In this document: positions 29,149 through 40,880 of the stretch, piece by piece | How the letters are laid out: the number at the start of each line of letters is the position of its first letter | Position numbering within the stretch: position 1 is the stretch's first letter | Source: Microbotryum violaceum | Taxonomy: Eukaryota | Reading direction: 5' to 3' | Assembly (NCBI GenBank): GCA_001244265.2 | Contig: CDLV01000007.1 | Coordinates: 2,170,001 to 2,234,000, forward strand | DNA length: 64,000 nucleotides | Translations under genes and position numbers: made by a program | The notes under the pieces: model-generated | Told to the model about the DNA's origin: nothing | What the model saw: the letters and a program-made list of their open reading frames with translations, nothing else | Database searches by the model: none

Positions 29149-30870
29149 CTACTCGGCGGCGATCAAAGTCGCCTTGCCTGCACCCGTACCCATGCACAAA
29201 GTCGCGACACCGACCTTCTTGTCCGTCCTCTTCAACTCGTAGATCAACGAACTTAACAGACGACCTCCAGTGGCCCCTAAAGGGTGACCGAGCGCAATCG
29301 CTCCTCCCTTGGGGTTCACCTTCTTGATGTCCAAACCGAGCGTCTCGATGACCATCAAAGATTGCGAGGCGAAGGCTGTGAATGAAAAAGTACAGACAGT
29401 CAGGACTTCATCGTTTTCAGTGGGAACCCAGGAACGTACCCTCGTTCAGCTCGAAAATGTCAACATCATCCTTGGAGATGCCGAACCTCTCAAACAACTT
29501 CGGCACAGCGTACGCGGGTCCGACACCCATGATCCTCGGCGGCACACCGACAACGGCCGAACCGACCCACTTGGCCAGAGGCTTCAAGCCCAGTTTTTCC
29601 GCGACGTCCCTCCTGACCAAAGTCAACGCACTTGCACCATCCGAGATCTGCGACGAGTTGCCCGCCGTTCCGGTTCCATCGGCCTTGAACGCGGGCTTCA
29701 ACTTGGCCAGCGACTCCATCGTCGTCTGAGGCCGGATGCCTTCATCTTTTGAGATCGTCTTGATCTCGGTGCTCTCCGGCTTGTCGCCCTCTGCCGGGGT
29801 GACCGATCGAACCTTGATGGGCACGATTTCTTCGGCGAGGTAGCCAGCATCCTGGGCGGCCTTGGCCTTGGCATGCGAAGCGCAGGCGAATCTGTCCGAC
29901 AGAGATAGACATGGTTATACTTCAGAATGAAAGGCTCATTTTCATCGAGGAGGCAGGCGAGGGGGCAGGTGCGCAAGACTCACTCGTCCTGTTGCTGGCG
30001 CGAGTACCCGTGCTCGGCCGCGACGTTTTCCGAGGTCATGCCCATCGGCATTAGACAGTCCTGAGCGTCCTGGGACTCGCTCTTTTTGATGAAACGGGAG
30101 ATGTTGACAGGGATCGCTCGGGTCTGGATTGAATGTGAAACGAGATGAGCAGAGAAACGGTGTCAGCTGGCCAAGCGCGATACTAAGTAAAACGGAATCA
30201 AAAGTGGGGCTCCGAAGCCAAGGAGGACTCACCCCGTAATCTCTCGTCATGTGCTCCACACCAGCGGCGACTCCCATGTCAATCATACCACTCTGGATCG
30301 ATTGAGCGATGTCGGTCACAGATTGTAGCGAGGAAGCGCACTGTCGGTTGACGGCCTTGAATCCAGAGACAATTGGGAATCTTTCGGTCGTGGGGGCGAT
30401 GCGCCGCGGCTTGTCAGCGGAGGTGCAATCAACAGCTTCGGTGGACACTAAGATCACGGCAAGCGGGTCGTAAGCTTACCCAGCATCCAGACTAGCCAAC
30501 CTCCCCGACTTGGCTCCCCCCAACTCCATCAACACCGTTCCGACATGGATGTCCTCGACGAGGCCGGACTGGACATCGACGCCTTGCGCCTCGAGCTTCT
30601 TCCGTGTCGACTTCAAGACGTGCGAGAGTAACTCTTCCGGGTACATGTCCTTGTAAGCGCCACGGAACTTGGCGATCGGCGTTCGTAGAGAGGTGACGAT
30701 CTATGGGGATTCGGAAGCGGATGCCGAGGGTGAGCCGCGGCTAGAGTTCGGGATCCTCGGCTTCGGCAGCGGCGTCATAAGGTCATGTACGGTGTACTTA
30801 CCACGACGTCATGGGCGTTCTTCTTGAGGATGTTGGAGAGAGAGCGGCGAACGACAGTAGCTTGAACCAT
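29149..30870 (-). CDS. POT1: 3-ketoacyl-CoA thiolase (beta-oxidation, Pot1/ACAA1-like), multi-exon
   Basis: AVNRQCASSL (catalytic Cys), AGVEHMT, AGNSSQISDGA, ELNE|AFAS, VNPKGGAIALGHPLGATG, LCMGTGAG. Confidence 0.92.
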
Positions 30871-31058
30871 TTTGAGGGACGGAAGCGAGGAAACGCGGGA
30901 CGAGTGTGAGGTGCTGAATGGAGTACAAGAGCGAAGGATTGTCTTCCGGCAACAACTGGGCAGTGGTGCTCGACTCGCATGAGCTCGCACAGACCACCAC
31001 TGGGGCAAACTATTCAGAGCACTTGTTGCGAGCGCCAGTCAGCATTGTGCATCTCGAG

Positions 31059-31142
31059 TCACAAAAGAGGATAGGACAAACGTTTTGACTCATGTTCACA
31101 AAAGAGGATAGGACAAACGTTTTGTTTGACTCATCATGTTCA
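31059..31142. promoter_or_regulatory. Tandem duplication (29-bp exact core) carrying two TGACTCA (AP-1/Gcn4-type) sites upstream of the thiolase
   Basis: TCACAAAAGAGGATAGGACAAACGTTTTG at 31059-31087 and 31096-31124; TGACTCA at 31086-31092 and 31127-31133. Regulatory function is inferred. Confidence 0.55.
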
Positions 31143-31240
31143 ATGTACGATGCAAAAAAAAGGATATTAGTCCCAGTAAACCGATATTCAACTGAGCCCT
31201 TCGAGCGGACATCTTTCGAAACTGAGGGTGCAGGTCGCAC

Positions 31241-31246
31241 AAAAAA
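31241..31246 (-). terminator. RNA polymerase III terminator (T6) of the tRNA gene
   Basis: T6 run on the minus strand, 15 nt downstream of the tRNA 3' end. Confidence 0.75.
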
Positions 31247-31261
31247 TGTTATGAACCAACT

Positions 31262-31363
31262 AGAGCAATGCCGGACTCGAACCGGCAACCCTCAGATGTC
31301 ACGTACTCGCGTTGGAACGCGACTAGTAGAAGTCTGAAGCGCTAACCATTGCGCCAAATGCCC
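31262..31363 (-). tRNA. tRNA-Arg(UCU) with 29-nt canonical 37/38 intron
   Basis: Minus strand folds as GGGCATT/ATTGCTC acceptor stem (one G-U, one U-U), D arm GCGC-AATGGTTA-GCGC, anticodon arm TCAGA-CT TCT A[intron]A-TCTGA and T arm GCCGG-TTCGAGT-CCGGC. Length is 73 nt after intron removal. Confidence 0.93.
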
Positions 31364-31605
31364 ATGATAACCCCTATCTTGCATAGCTAACTTACACAAG
31401 GTAGGTTTTGCTATAACCGATCGTCTTAATATTTTGCGCTGGGGGGCGGCTTAAAAACAGCCCGACCCAGTCATTGTCCGATCCTGATGTGTTGGACATA
31501 GATATCATGAGATGTAAACTCAAAATCTCTCGACATCATGTGCATCGCCTTACAACATCCATCAGGTGGTGTCAACTGGGGATTGTCACGCGGCTTTGAT
31601 TGCAT

Positions 31606-33147
31606 TTAAACGTTTGTGAGTCTCATGGAAATCTCATACAGGGTCGCCGCCGCTCCCTGCATTTCCGGATCTCGATTTGCGATGCGAAGCTCGACCTTCT
31701 TCATCGCAGGAGCGACCTTGACCTTGGCCCAGTTTCGAACGGCAAGTCGAGCTCAAGATGCGTGCACCTCTTCGTAAGCTTCGGTGAAAGACAAGAACAA
31801 CTCCGAGGCGACGTTCTCGGCGGTGATTTTTCCCTTGAGGTCCTCAAAAGCCAGCTCGCGGAGCGATTGAGGCGTAGATAGTCCGCGAGCCGGTATATGG
31901 ATCTAGGACAGACGCTGAGAAGTCTATCGTTTGCTTCCGAAGAATCGGACCACTCGTCGGATTCGTCAGGGAGATCTGATGGATCGGCCGACGCGGTCTC
32001 GGGCGAGGTCTTCGGACGTGCACTGGTCCGACTGGACTTTGACTTTCGTGATCGTCGTTTCTTTTGTTTCGTTGGCTCCTTTGGTTTGTCTGCCGCACTC
32101 GTGGTGGTCTCCAAAGCTAGGAACTCGATCTGGGTCGACCGAAGCCATCCGAGCACGGCCCTGAACGCCTCGTAGTGCTGCGGAATATCCTCGGCGATGA
32201 CGATGCGATGGACCGGGACGGCACATGATCGGATAGCACTATTAGAGAGCGTCGACGACCCATCCTCCTTCCCATCTTCGGCTTCCATGTCCTCTTGTCC
32301 ATCAGACTCTTGAGCTTTGTCCTCATTGTCATCGCACAACGAGCTTTCGGCGAAACCGGAGCCGAGCAAGTCCTTCCAATATACAGACAAGACTCGCAGA
32401 AAATCGGCATTCTCCCAGAGCTGGCGGTTCGACTCGGGGAAGACGAAGACGACGTCGAAAGGGTGTTTGGCGCGGTGAAGGCCTAGTTAGGACACATGAG
32501 CAGCTTTGGTGACTGTGGTTGAAATGAAGAATCGTTCAGTGACTCACCATTCCATTGTAGTTTGACCTCCCCTAGTTCGTTGCCGGCACGCAGGGTGACG
32601 CGGAACTTGCAATGCGCAGTAGCGGAGCTGTGAGTCGATGATAATAGTTTATCTTTCTCGACTAGTGCGGTGGCGCGCTTCGCGCGCCATGACGTCACGC
32701 CACGTGGTTTGTCTCGTTCTAGAACGTTCTTTGTCTCGACGGCTTATTTTATTATATAGTTTTAAGGATAGTCCAGTTAACCTTCGACGAGCTCCAAAAG
32801 GATGGCGAGGATGTGTGCGATCCGCGCCAAAGGAGTCGTTCGTCCCAAGCAGATTCACTATGGAGACGGGTGACTTCTACCTCAAACGTGAAATCCTCGT
32901 ACATCTCGATTCGATAGGTGGGAGGTCGACCGTAGTCCGTTGCACAATTCACAGCGTTTTCGTATACCTTGAGTTCGCCTTTGGAGCCGTTCCACTGCAG
33001 TTTCCACAGGTTGGGTCGGTATTTGTCTTCGAACTTGCGATCGATGAACTCAAACCTTGGAGACGTGATGACGCATTTCTGACAATCCTCCTTTTTGAGA
33101 GTGAGGACAAAGCTCTATTGAACGCCTGGTTTGCTGAAGGCTGACAT
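31606..33147 (-). pseudogene. BTB/POZ-domain gene, disrupted
   Basis: BTB-like FDVVFVFPESNRQLWENADFLRVLSVYWKDLLGSGFAES..YEAFRAVLGWL..PRSIYRLADYL. The downstream frame (LRELAFEDLKGKITAENVASELF..AVRNWAKVK) needs frameshifts near 31868 and 31755-31745. In-frame TAG at codon 11 (33117-33115) of the putative first exon. Confidence 0.65.
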
Positions 33148-34728
33148 GGTGGTTGTCGGGTGTGCGTGACAGCGGTCAGGGCCGTCAGGGGAGCGACCTT
33201 GCGAACCGTTCGCTGTCACAGCAGAACGCCAACACCCGGTACGGTCACGTGCTGCCTCACATCCTGCCCACCTTTTCAACCTCTGGGCAGTGCTCTAGCG
33301 CGCTGGCGCGATCTGGTGCAGTGCATAGTGCCCCACATGTACCACAGATAACCGGTAGCAACCATAGGTCTCGCAAGGAGCCATACTAAGGTCTACTTTA
33401 CGTGTAATGATACACGTCGGCTGTTTCGCTTGAGATTTGACCGTTAATGGTTAGGAGTCCGCCGGCGACTCCTCGATGATACCCGTCGGAGCCTGTCGAT
33501 CGGCTCGCGTAGTCGACGGCGTACTCTTCGCAATGACTCGAATATAGCGGAGCCGATAACAACGTAGGCGTAGCTGAAAAGTTCGTTGTGCAAGAACCTA
33601 GAAGTCTCATCGAAAGCTGGCATGGTAGCACGGTGGATGCCGCCACCCTTCAACTTGCGAGTCGATGATGCACGTCCTTACTACATTCACTCGCTTTGAC
33701 TACAGCGTGTTGACATCAGACTTGATGGCTTCGAACATCCTCTTGCACAAGGCAGCGAGTTGGAGATATTCCGCCAGCAGAAAAACAGTCTGGGGATTGA
33801 CAAGCCAAGCGTCGGAGACTCGATGAGGATGCTTTATTGGGTGTCGTCTTTTCTACGTCGCTTCCTCGCGAGGGTGACCGGTCATACTTGGAGCCGAATC
33901 CCATCTCGTCATTCTCAAAGAATCCACAACCTTCCGACCGCCTGTCGACCGGCGATTGCGGGCTGTACACAACCGACGTCGAGCCTTGAACCACGTCTCC
34001 GCAGATGAGGCAGTGACCCATTGACCCCCGTCGATCTCTAGGGCAAGGTCGTTCGCCCAACCAATCTGCGTAGCGTTTGTGATTTCTGAACACTTGGACA
34101 GGGGGCACAGCTTTAGCCCCCGAAGGTTCTACCTAACCTAAAGCGACGGTCATCCGACGGGCATACTACGCTATGCCCCCACGTTCGATTAGTACGCACA
34201 TGCATGCACTGGGTACTTCAATCGCTCGTGATCCGTCTGGACCCATTACGCGCAAAGCCGAACAAACGCTGCAGCGCAATGTAGAAACGAAGAACAAAGG
34301 TATCATTCCCTCCGCGAGCGGAATCTTCACGATCTGCTCGTCTTGTTGATAAGCGCTAGAACAACGCATGCGATGACGCAAGTAGGTGGGAGTGATAAAC
34401 GAGAGTAACATAATGAGAAAGTAGGGTCGTGAAGTCCGATTACCTTGGTATACATAAAGGCCTGATGAGCATGGGTGGAATTTTCGCATCCACCGCGGAA
34501 TGTGGAAGGGGTCAAACAAAGAAGAGGGTGACCGGGATATCGAAGGAATGGGTGGAGTACTGAAGATAGTTGGCAAACGAAATGTTTCGGACGAGTTGGG
34601 TTAGAGAAGTACTGAACAACAGTGGGATTTGCGAGGATGCAGACGAGGCGTAAACGAGCGAGGCGAAGGCGGGGTCAGGAACAGAGAATGCTTAGGCAAT
34701 GAGGAAATGAGCTGGCGAATGACACCCT

Positions 34729-36607
34729 TCACGGTAGCCAAACCTATGGGTACACACCGTCATGCCTCAGCTCTAGTCATACCATATTGTGAATGAAGAG
34801 TGTACTGACTTTGACGGACTGATCGACCGATCCCGTAGCAACAACGTTGACATACTGAATTGTTTCGGCTGACGCCTCGGAAGTCCCATTCTTGCCCATA
34901 CCATTTGTCGTCGACCCGTTCGTGGCTGTCGACGAACTCCCAGGCGCGGGTGCTCGTCCCCAAGCAAGACATGTGACAAAATGCGAGTGTGCCTCGAGTG
35001 TCTTACTGCATCTCCCTGTCACCAAGTCCCATGTGCGGATCGTCTTGTCGTCCGATGCTGAGAGTAGGAACTTGCCCAACGGATGGAACACCAGAGCCCG
35101 AACCCAGTTGTCGTCTGTAAGTAAACAGTTGCCAACGTCAGTTAGGGCGGAGGTGAATATCCTGCACCTGTTAGCAGAAGGACTTACGCCCGACAAAGGT
35201 CTTGAGGCATTGCCCACTCTGTGTGTCCCACAGCTTGATCGTCTTGTCCCTCGACCCTGTCGCCGCGAATGCCCCCACAGTCTTGGCATCAGCTCCCTTG
35301 GGTGACTACAGTGAAGGAGCAAGGCTATCAGCATCCTCGCGTTCCAGTTGAATTTAGGAAAGTGGATAGATGCGTACCGTCAATCCTGCCAGTTCGCGGA
35401 TTGCTGGATATGCGGCGATAGGTGCGAAGACGGCGACCTCAATTACATGGTCGTGCCCCCTCAGCTCCGTTTTGGTCTCGCCTGTTTGAGCATCCCATAT
35501 TCTCGAAGTCTGAAATCATGTTCCTCCATATTAATCAGTACCAATGATAGTTTTGGAGTAGACGGTATCATGAACTGACCTGGTCCACCGAACAACTGAT
35601 GAGCTGCCTCCCGTCCGAACTCGGCAACGCGCTCCGGACCCAATCTGCATGACCCGAGAAAGTCTTGACACAGAATCTGAGCGATGGAGGGATGAGGTAA
35701 TCAGCAAGAGCGTTGGTAGAGTGAATCTGATGCAAGGTCAATTACTCACCCACTCGCGACCTCCCACACCCGAATGGTCCGATCCCGACTCGCCGAGATG
35801 ATGAAGTCGTCGTTGGGCAAGAATCTCGCCGAGCTAATCGAATGATCATGGCCATACAACGTCTTGACGTTCTTCCAATCGTTGTTGGTGTCCCAGACCT
35901 TGAGCGTCAAATCGGACGAACACGAGACCAGGAAATTGCCTTTGGAATCGAAGTCGACGTCTTGCACGGCTTTGGTGTGGCCTTTAATGGTGCGTTCGAA
36001 ATCGCCCGTCTCCCAGTCCCAGACTTTGATAGTCGAGTCTTCGGATGCTGATACGACCTGACTGAACGAGGGGTGAAAGGCGACTCGTGTCACGGGCGAG
36101 CGATGTCCTGCAAGCGAATGCCGTGCTGGTGCTCGGGGCAGCCAATCGGGGGAGGACGCCGAGGGTCGCTTCGAGGGTGCTGTCGATAGCTCATCCTGGA
36201 GCTGTGCATTCCGTGTCTCGAGCTCCATGATCTATTGGCACAGACGTCCCCAAAAATGGTTGATTCAGCTTGGCTGTCCCTGTAGGTGTCGTGGTGGGTT
36301 TGGGCATCTCTGACCTTCTTCTGCAGTCGGATAACACTGGTCCACTTCTTCTCCAACAGCCCTGAATGTTTAGCCTTGGGATCGATCTCGAATGAAGCTA
36401 AGTTGGCTTCCTCCTTGAGGACGGCGAACGTTTGCGTGTATCCGATCGTATTGAGGTAGTCCAGCATGGACTTGTGGCTGCGAGGGGTCAAGGGGGACGG
36501 GGAGAAGCAAAGAAGGGGTTAGGACTTGGACCTGACGCGGCAAGGGTGTGAGAGAGTGATAAGACTTGCAGCTCATCCTTTTGCCGTTCACTGAGCACGC
36601 TGACCAT
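34729..36607 (-). CDS. LIS1: Dynein regulator LIS1/NudF/Pac1 (LisH + coiled coil + WD40), multi-exon
   Basis: [63 protein letters not shown] and WD repeats; ends [11 protein letters not shown]. Intron 1 is GC-AG (36569-36478). Confidence 0.95.
35541..35597 (-). repeat. Source copy of 57-nt inverted duplication (LIS1 exon end + 5' part of intron)
   Basis: Reverse complement equals 37218-37274 with one mismatch. Confidence 0.95.
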
Positions 36608-37217
36608 GGTGGGTGGGGAGGGAGGGCGAGGAGGATGGCGATGACGATGGCGATGACGATGACGATGAGGGCCGACCTGACGCGAAGTCGGGAGTTCGTC
36701 CACGAGATCACGTCTCTAGCGAGACGTGTATACACGGTGGTATGCTAATGTCTCCGAGATACACTGGTATTGACTATGATTCACCCAAACGGGCCGCTAG
36801 TTGATGACCGAAGCCGACGACGAGCGAATGATCACGACCGCGCCCACGATGGGTCGTATGGAGACGGGCAAGGGGCGGCAGGCGGCAGGCAGGCGGCAGG
36901 GCAGCACGTGAAATCAGACGTCAAGGGCAGACGAGCAGGTTGATGGACAATCGCTAACGCAGAAAGAGTTGATAGATCTCTTCTCGAGACGGAGGCAATG
37001 TCGACCAGGCGAGAGCGGCGATTGTTGGACTAGATTCGATGGTGAGCTTAGGAGCTCAACGCTCAACGCTCGCGAGTGTCCGTGCGACCGACGCGACGGG
37101 CGACACCCGTAAATGAGATTAATGAGAGACGCAGTGATGGACGCAGTCGCGACGCCTGTGGTTTCGAACCGTTCGGTAAAGTACGCGCAAACTTTCTGCC
37201 CGGGCGGGCAAGCTTCA

Positions 37218-37274
37218 AGTTGTTCAGTGGACCAGGTCAGTTCATGATACCGTCTACTCCAAAACTATCATTGG
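37218..37274 (+). repeat. Inverted copy of LIS1 exon/intron junction in the LIS1-thymidylate kinase intergenic region
   Basis: AGTTGTTCAGTGGACCAG|GTCAGTTCATGATACCGTCTACTCCAAAACTATCATTGG is 56/57 identical to the LIS1 sense strand. Confidence 0.95.
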
Positions 37275-37478
37275 CGAACAACAACAAGAAAATCGCAACT
37301 ATAATATTTTAGCTTTCTTGTTCGGACGAATTAGCAACCGCTCTCGACCTTCGGCTCTCGTGCCCAGTCGCGCCGGCGCGTCCACAAGCGCCGTTTCGAG
37401 CTCAGCCATCCTTCCCACCGCGCCAACACGGCTTCACAGCTCCTCATCCGTTCCGTCCCGCGTCTGTTTGGTCGAGCA

Positions 37479-38476
37479 ATGTCGACCTCAGCATTGATGG
37501 CATCCAACTCGACGGGCAAGAGGGGCGCCTTTATCGTCTTTGAAGGGCTCGACCGGTCAGGCAAGACGACCCAGCTCCAAAAGCTCGTGGACAGGTTGCA
37601 ACAGGATGGTGTCAATGCCGCGGCTTGTCGTTTCCCAGGTGTGTTATACCCCAATATGAGCTACAGATTTATAGGTGGAGAATGACAGCTTAGGCGCGAC
37701 GCATCACACCTCATACTCATCTGACCCCCACCTGCGATCGCCCCCCACCCAGACCGGACCACCTCAACGGGCAAGATGATCGACTCGTATCTCGGATCAA
37801 AGTCGGACCTCGACGATCGAGCGATCCACCTTCTCTTCTCTGTCAATCGCTGGGAAAGAGCGTGAGTCATTGCAGTTATGTGGTCTTCTCAAAGTGTCGG
37901 CAGAATGCGAAGCTGATAAAGTCCGAATACAATCTGCCTGCTTCCGACCTCTTCCTCACAACTCAAATCTCGCTACACGAATATAAGAAAGGGTATATTG
38001 TCCGAGTTGGAACAAGGAAAGACCGTTGTATGCGATCGTTATGCCTTCTCTGGGATCGCCTTCAGCGCTGTCAAGGTCGGTGCTGGGAAGCTACAGACCT
38101 CGGTTTCGCACCCATGCTAATTTTCAGGGCCACCTTCCATGAATACCCAAAGGGTCTTTCATACGAGTGGTGTCTCTCCCCCGACGTCGGTCTCCCCGCT
38201 CCCGACCTTGTCCTCTTCTTCAACGTATCTGCCAAAGTTCAAGAACAGCGCGGTGGATTCGGCCAAGAACGCTACGAAACGACCGAGATCCAAAAGAACG
38301 TTCGAGCGATGTTTGAGAAGATTGGGAAAGATGTAGGGCATAGTTGGGAGGTCGTGGAAGGTGATGGGGGGTTGGAGGAGGTGGGAGAGGAGGTTTTGGA
38401 GAGGGCGAGGAGAGTTATTAAGGGAGAACTGGGACCGGTCAGGGAGTTGTGGAAGGATCGGTCGGGTAAGGCGTAG
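37479..38476 (+). CDS. CDC8: Thymidylate kinase (dTMP kinase), 4 exons
   Basis: RGAFIVFEGLDRSGKTTQ (P-loop), RFP|DRTT..IHLLFSVNRWE, VCDRYAFSGIAFS, PDVGLPAPDLVLF, RGGFGQERYE. Confidence 0.95.
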
Positions 38477-38642
38477 CCTGCAAACGAAAATCTTAGTCCC
38501 AAATGACCCTTGCGCCACATCTCGAAGGCGTGATCGTTGACAACTCGGATCCAGGAGGGACTGCTCACTTTCTCTCGTCGTTTGTGTCCGATCACGTGTG
38601 CGCATCCTATAGTTACAACATCATTCACTACACTTGCTTCGC

Positions 38643-39681
38643 TCATGACTGCTTGGTATCATTCACTTCGCTTGCCGCGTCCACCCTGACTGGTCGATTT
38701 TTGAGCTTCTCCAACTCGGCAATGACCGTACTCGCGGCCTGTCCGTTCGAACTCCAAGCGAATGCATGATCGGACCTCTCCAGCGACCTCGCCATATCCC
38801 CTGTGTGGACGTGCGATATCCAAGCTGGGCTCGGATTAACCAAGAAACCTCCTCGGATGCCTATCTCCACGATCTGAAACAAATGAAGCACCCTGATCAG
38901 CCCTTCAGCTGTTTCCGCCGAATGAAAGGGTTGACCATCTGCTTACCTGTTCAACGATATTTTCCAATTTTTCCTCTCTCAACAACCCCTCATTCCTCTC
39001 CTTTCGTTCCTTCTCCAGATCTAACGATAATTGCGCCAGCCGTTCCTCATGTGCCTCCAATTGGTCCTGGACTTGATCTCGCCGTTTCCCCTCCGCTCGT
39101 CTCGATCGCCAGTTCTCGGCCAGGACTGTGGTGCAGGCGCATTTGCTTCAGTCCCAATCATTCAAAAATATTCTTCAGTGTAATACTAGAAAGGCAGCTT
39201 ACTTATACTTGCTGCGAAAGCAAAGAGGAAGGTCTCGGAGATAAAGTTGGCGCCGGCGTCGATCGCTCTAGCGTCATTCAGCGGTCGAACCACCACCGGA
39301 TGCGTTTCTCCCAACAGAGAGACTCGCACTGTTACGATATCGAACGAGGACAGTCAGCCATCGAGTTCGCCAAATGTACGAGAGCCCGGGAAGATGACGA
39401 ACTCCTCATTTCCGACCGATGCAAGAACTGTGCGAACGAGATGGTCATTTCTCGGAACCGTTCATGTTCCTGTGTTATTGAAATGTCCCAGTATCGCATT
39501 TGAAGAAGGAGATATCAATTAGGCGGCACCGTTGAATGACGTGGTCAAGCTCCACTAGCACGTTCCTCGTCGACGACGACCCGGGGAGCGGTTTCCTCAC
39601 CTTGGCTTGATTCTTCAATCGATTTGCTATAGGCTTGCTCAAAGTTCTGAGGAATAGCGAAGCGATCTTGACGCTCGCCAT
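38643..39681 (-). CDS. OPA3: OPA3-like mitochondrial protein, multi-exon
   Basis: VKIASLFLRTLSKPIANRLKNQAK|EHERFR..HRSEMRMRVSLLG..RPLNDARAIDAGANFISETFLF, followed by a coiled coil. Confidence 0.9.
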
Positions 39682-40880
39682 AGTTGGTGTTCTGTGGGGA
39701 GCTGGCGGATGGCCCTCCGGAAATAACCTGGACGGAGTTGAACAGCTGCGGTGCGACGTTCTACGCGCTGACCTTCGGCACGGCTCGGCATGGCTGCCCG
39801 CGCCCTCCCGCGCCGCCGGCCGAGGTGCGTCGTCATGCCAACTCGGTATTCAAAACCGGGGTATGACATCTTTATACCACATTGCGATTATTTCTCATTC
39901 ATTTCACAACAATTGCCACAATCGCGACCGCGGGCTAATTGGAGCCAAAAGGGGGTCACTTCGGGACGAAGGCCGCCGGAGTGATCGATCGGATGGCCCC
40001 AAAACCCCGCCGTCAGAAGTTCGGCTTCAATCGAACCTTCGCCAGTGAATGGGGCCGCAGTACCGCTCCAACGGGTAGCATCAGGAGTCAAGTCCGCGCA
40101 TGTTCGCTTACGACGAAAGCTGAAATTCGCCATCCGAATCCAGAAAGGCGGTCAGTAGAACTTTGACGACCGCTACATCGGACTTTCTCGCTCTCGCCCT
40201 TCCTTCATTGGCCTTTCGTCGTGTCCGGCACACAAAGTCGTGTGACCACGTCAGCTCTATTCATTTACTCTTGTCATGTCGTCGCATACAATGCATGTCG
40301 CCAGTCCGCCTTCTTTTTCGTCTTCCATCGAATCGGTCGAGGAACCTCCCATCTGGACATTCACAGCCAAATTCGAGCATCTCATCGCGGAATTTGGTTC
40401 GACCGTTGAGGATTGGGAGAGTGGTGAGTTCAACTAAAACATACCGTCTTATTCAATGCCCTATGATCGTTTGCTGATTCAATCCTCTATTTTCGCAGCA
40501 TGCGCGGTCGCACCGGACTTGAAGCAGAGGACCCTCGATCAACTTGCCGACAAAGGACGCCGCGTCATACAGTCTTTTTGTAACGGGTGCTCGGCCCTAG
40601 GCCATGATCAAGTAGTGAGTGTGAACTACATTTCCTCATAAGGTATTTCTCCGATCACACCTCATCTTTTCTGCTGTTACCGTCTCGATAGCCACAGGAG
40701 CCACAGGAGCTCGCAGAAAACGTCGTACCAAAGACCCCTAACGCACAGACCCCTCCGGCCGACTCGGAACCGAGTTCGTACGACCATCGCCACATCGCCC
40801 TCGAGCTCGATGAGACTCCATCTCAGGCATCAGCACAAAGTCTAATATCTAGTCCTCAATCGTTTCTGGATGATATTCTC

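Noticed and set aside
31307-31327. Hairpin TCGCGTT-GG-AACGCGA followed by CTAGT as a Helitron end
   Set aside because: It is the intron of the tRNA-Arg gene.
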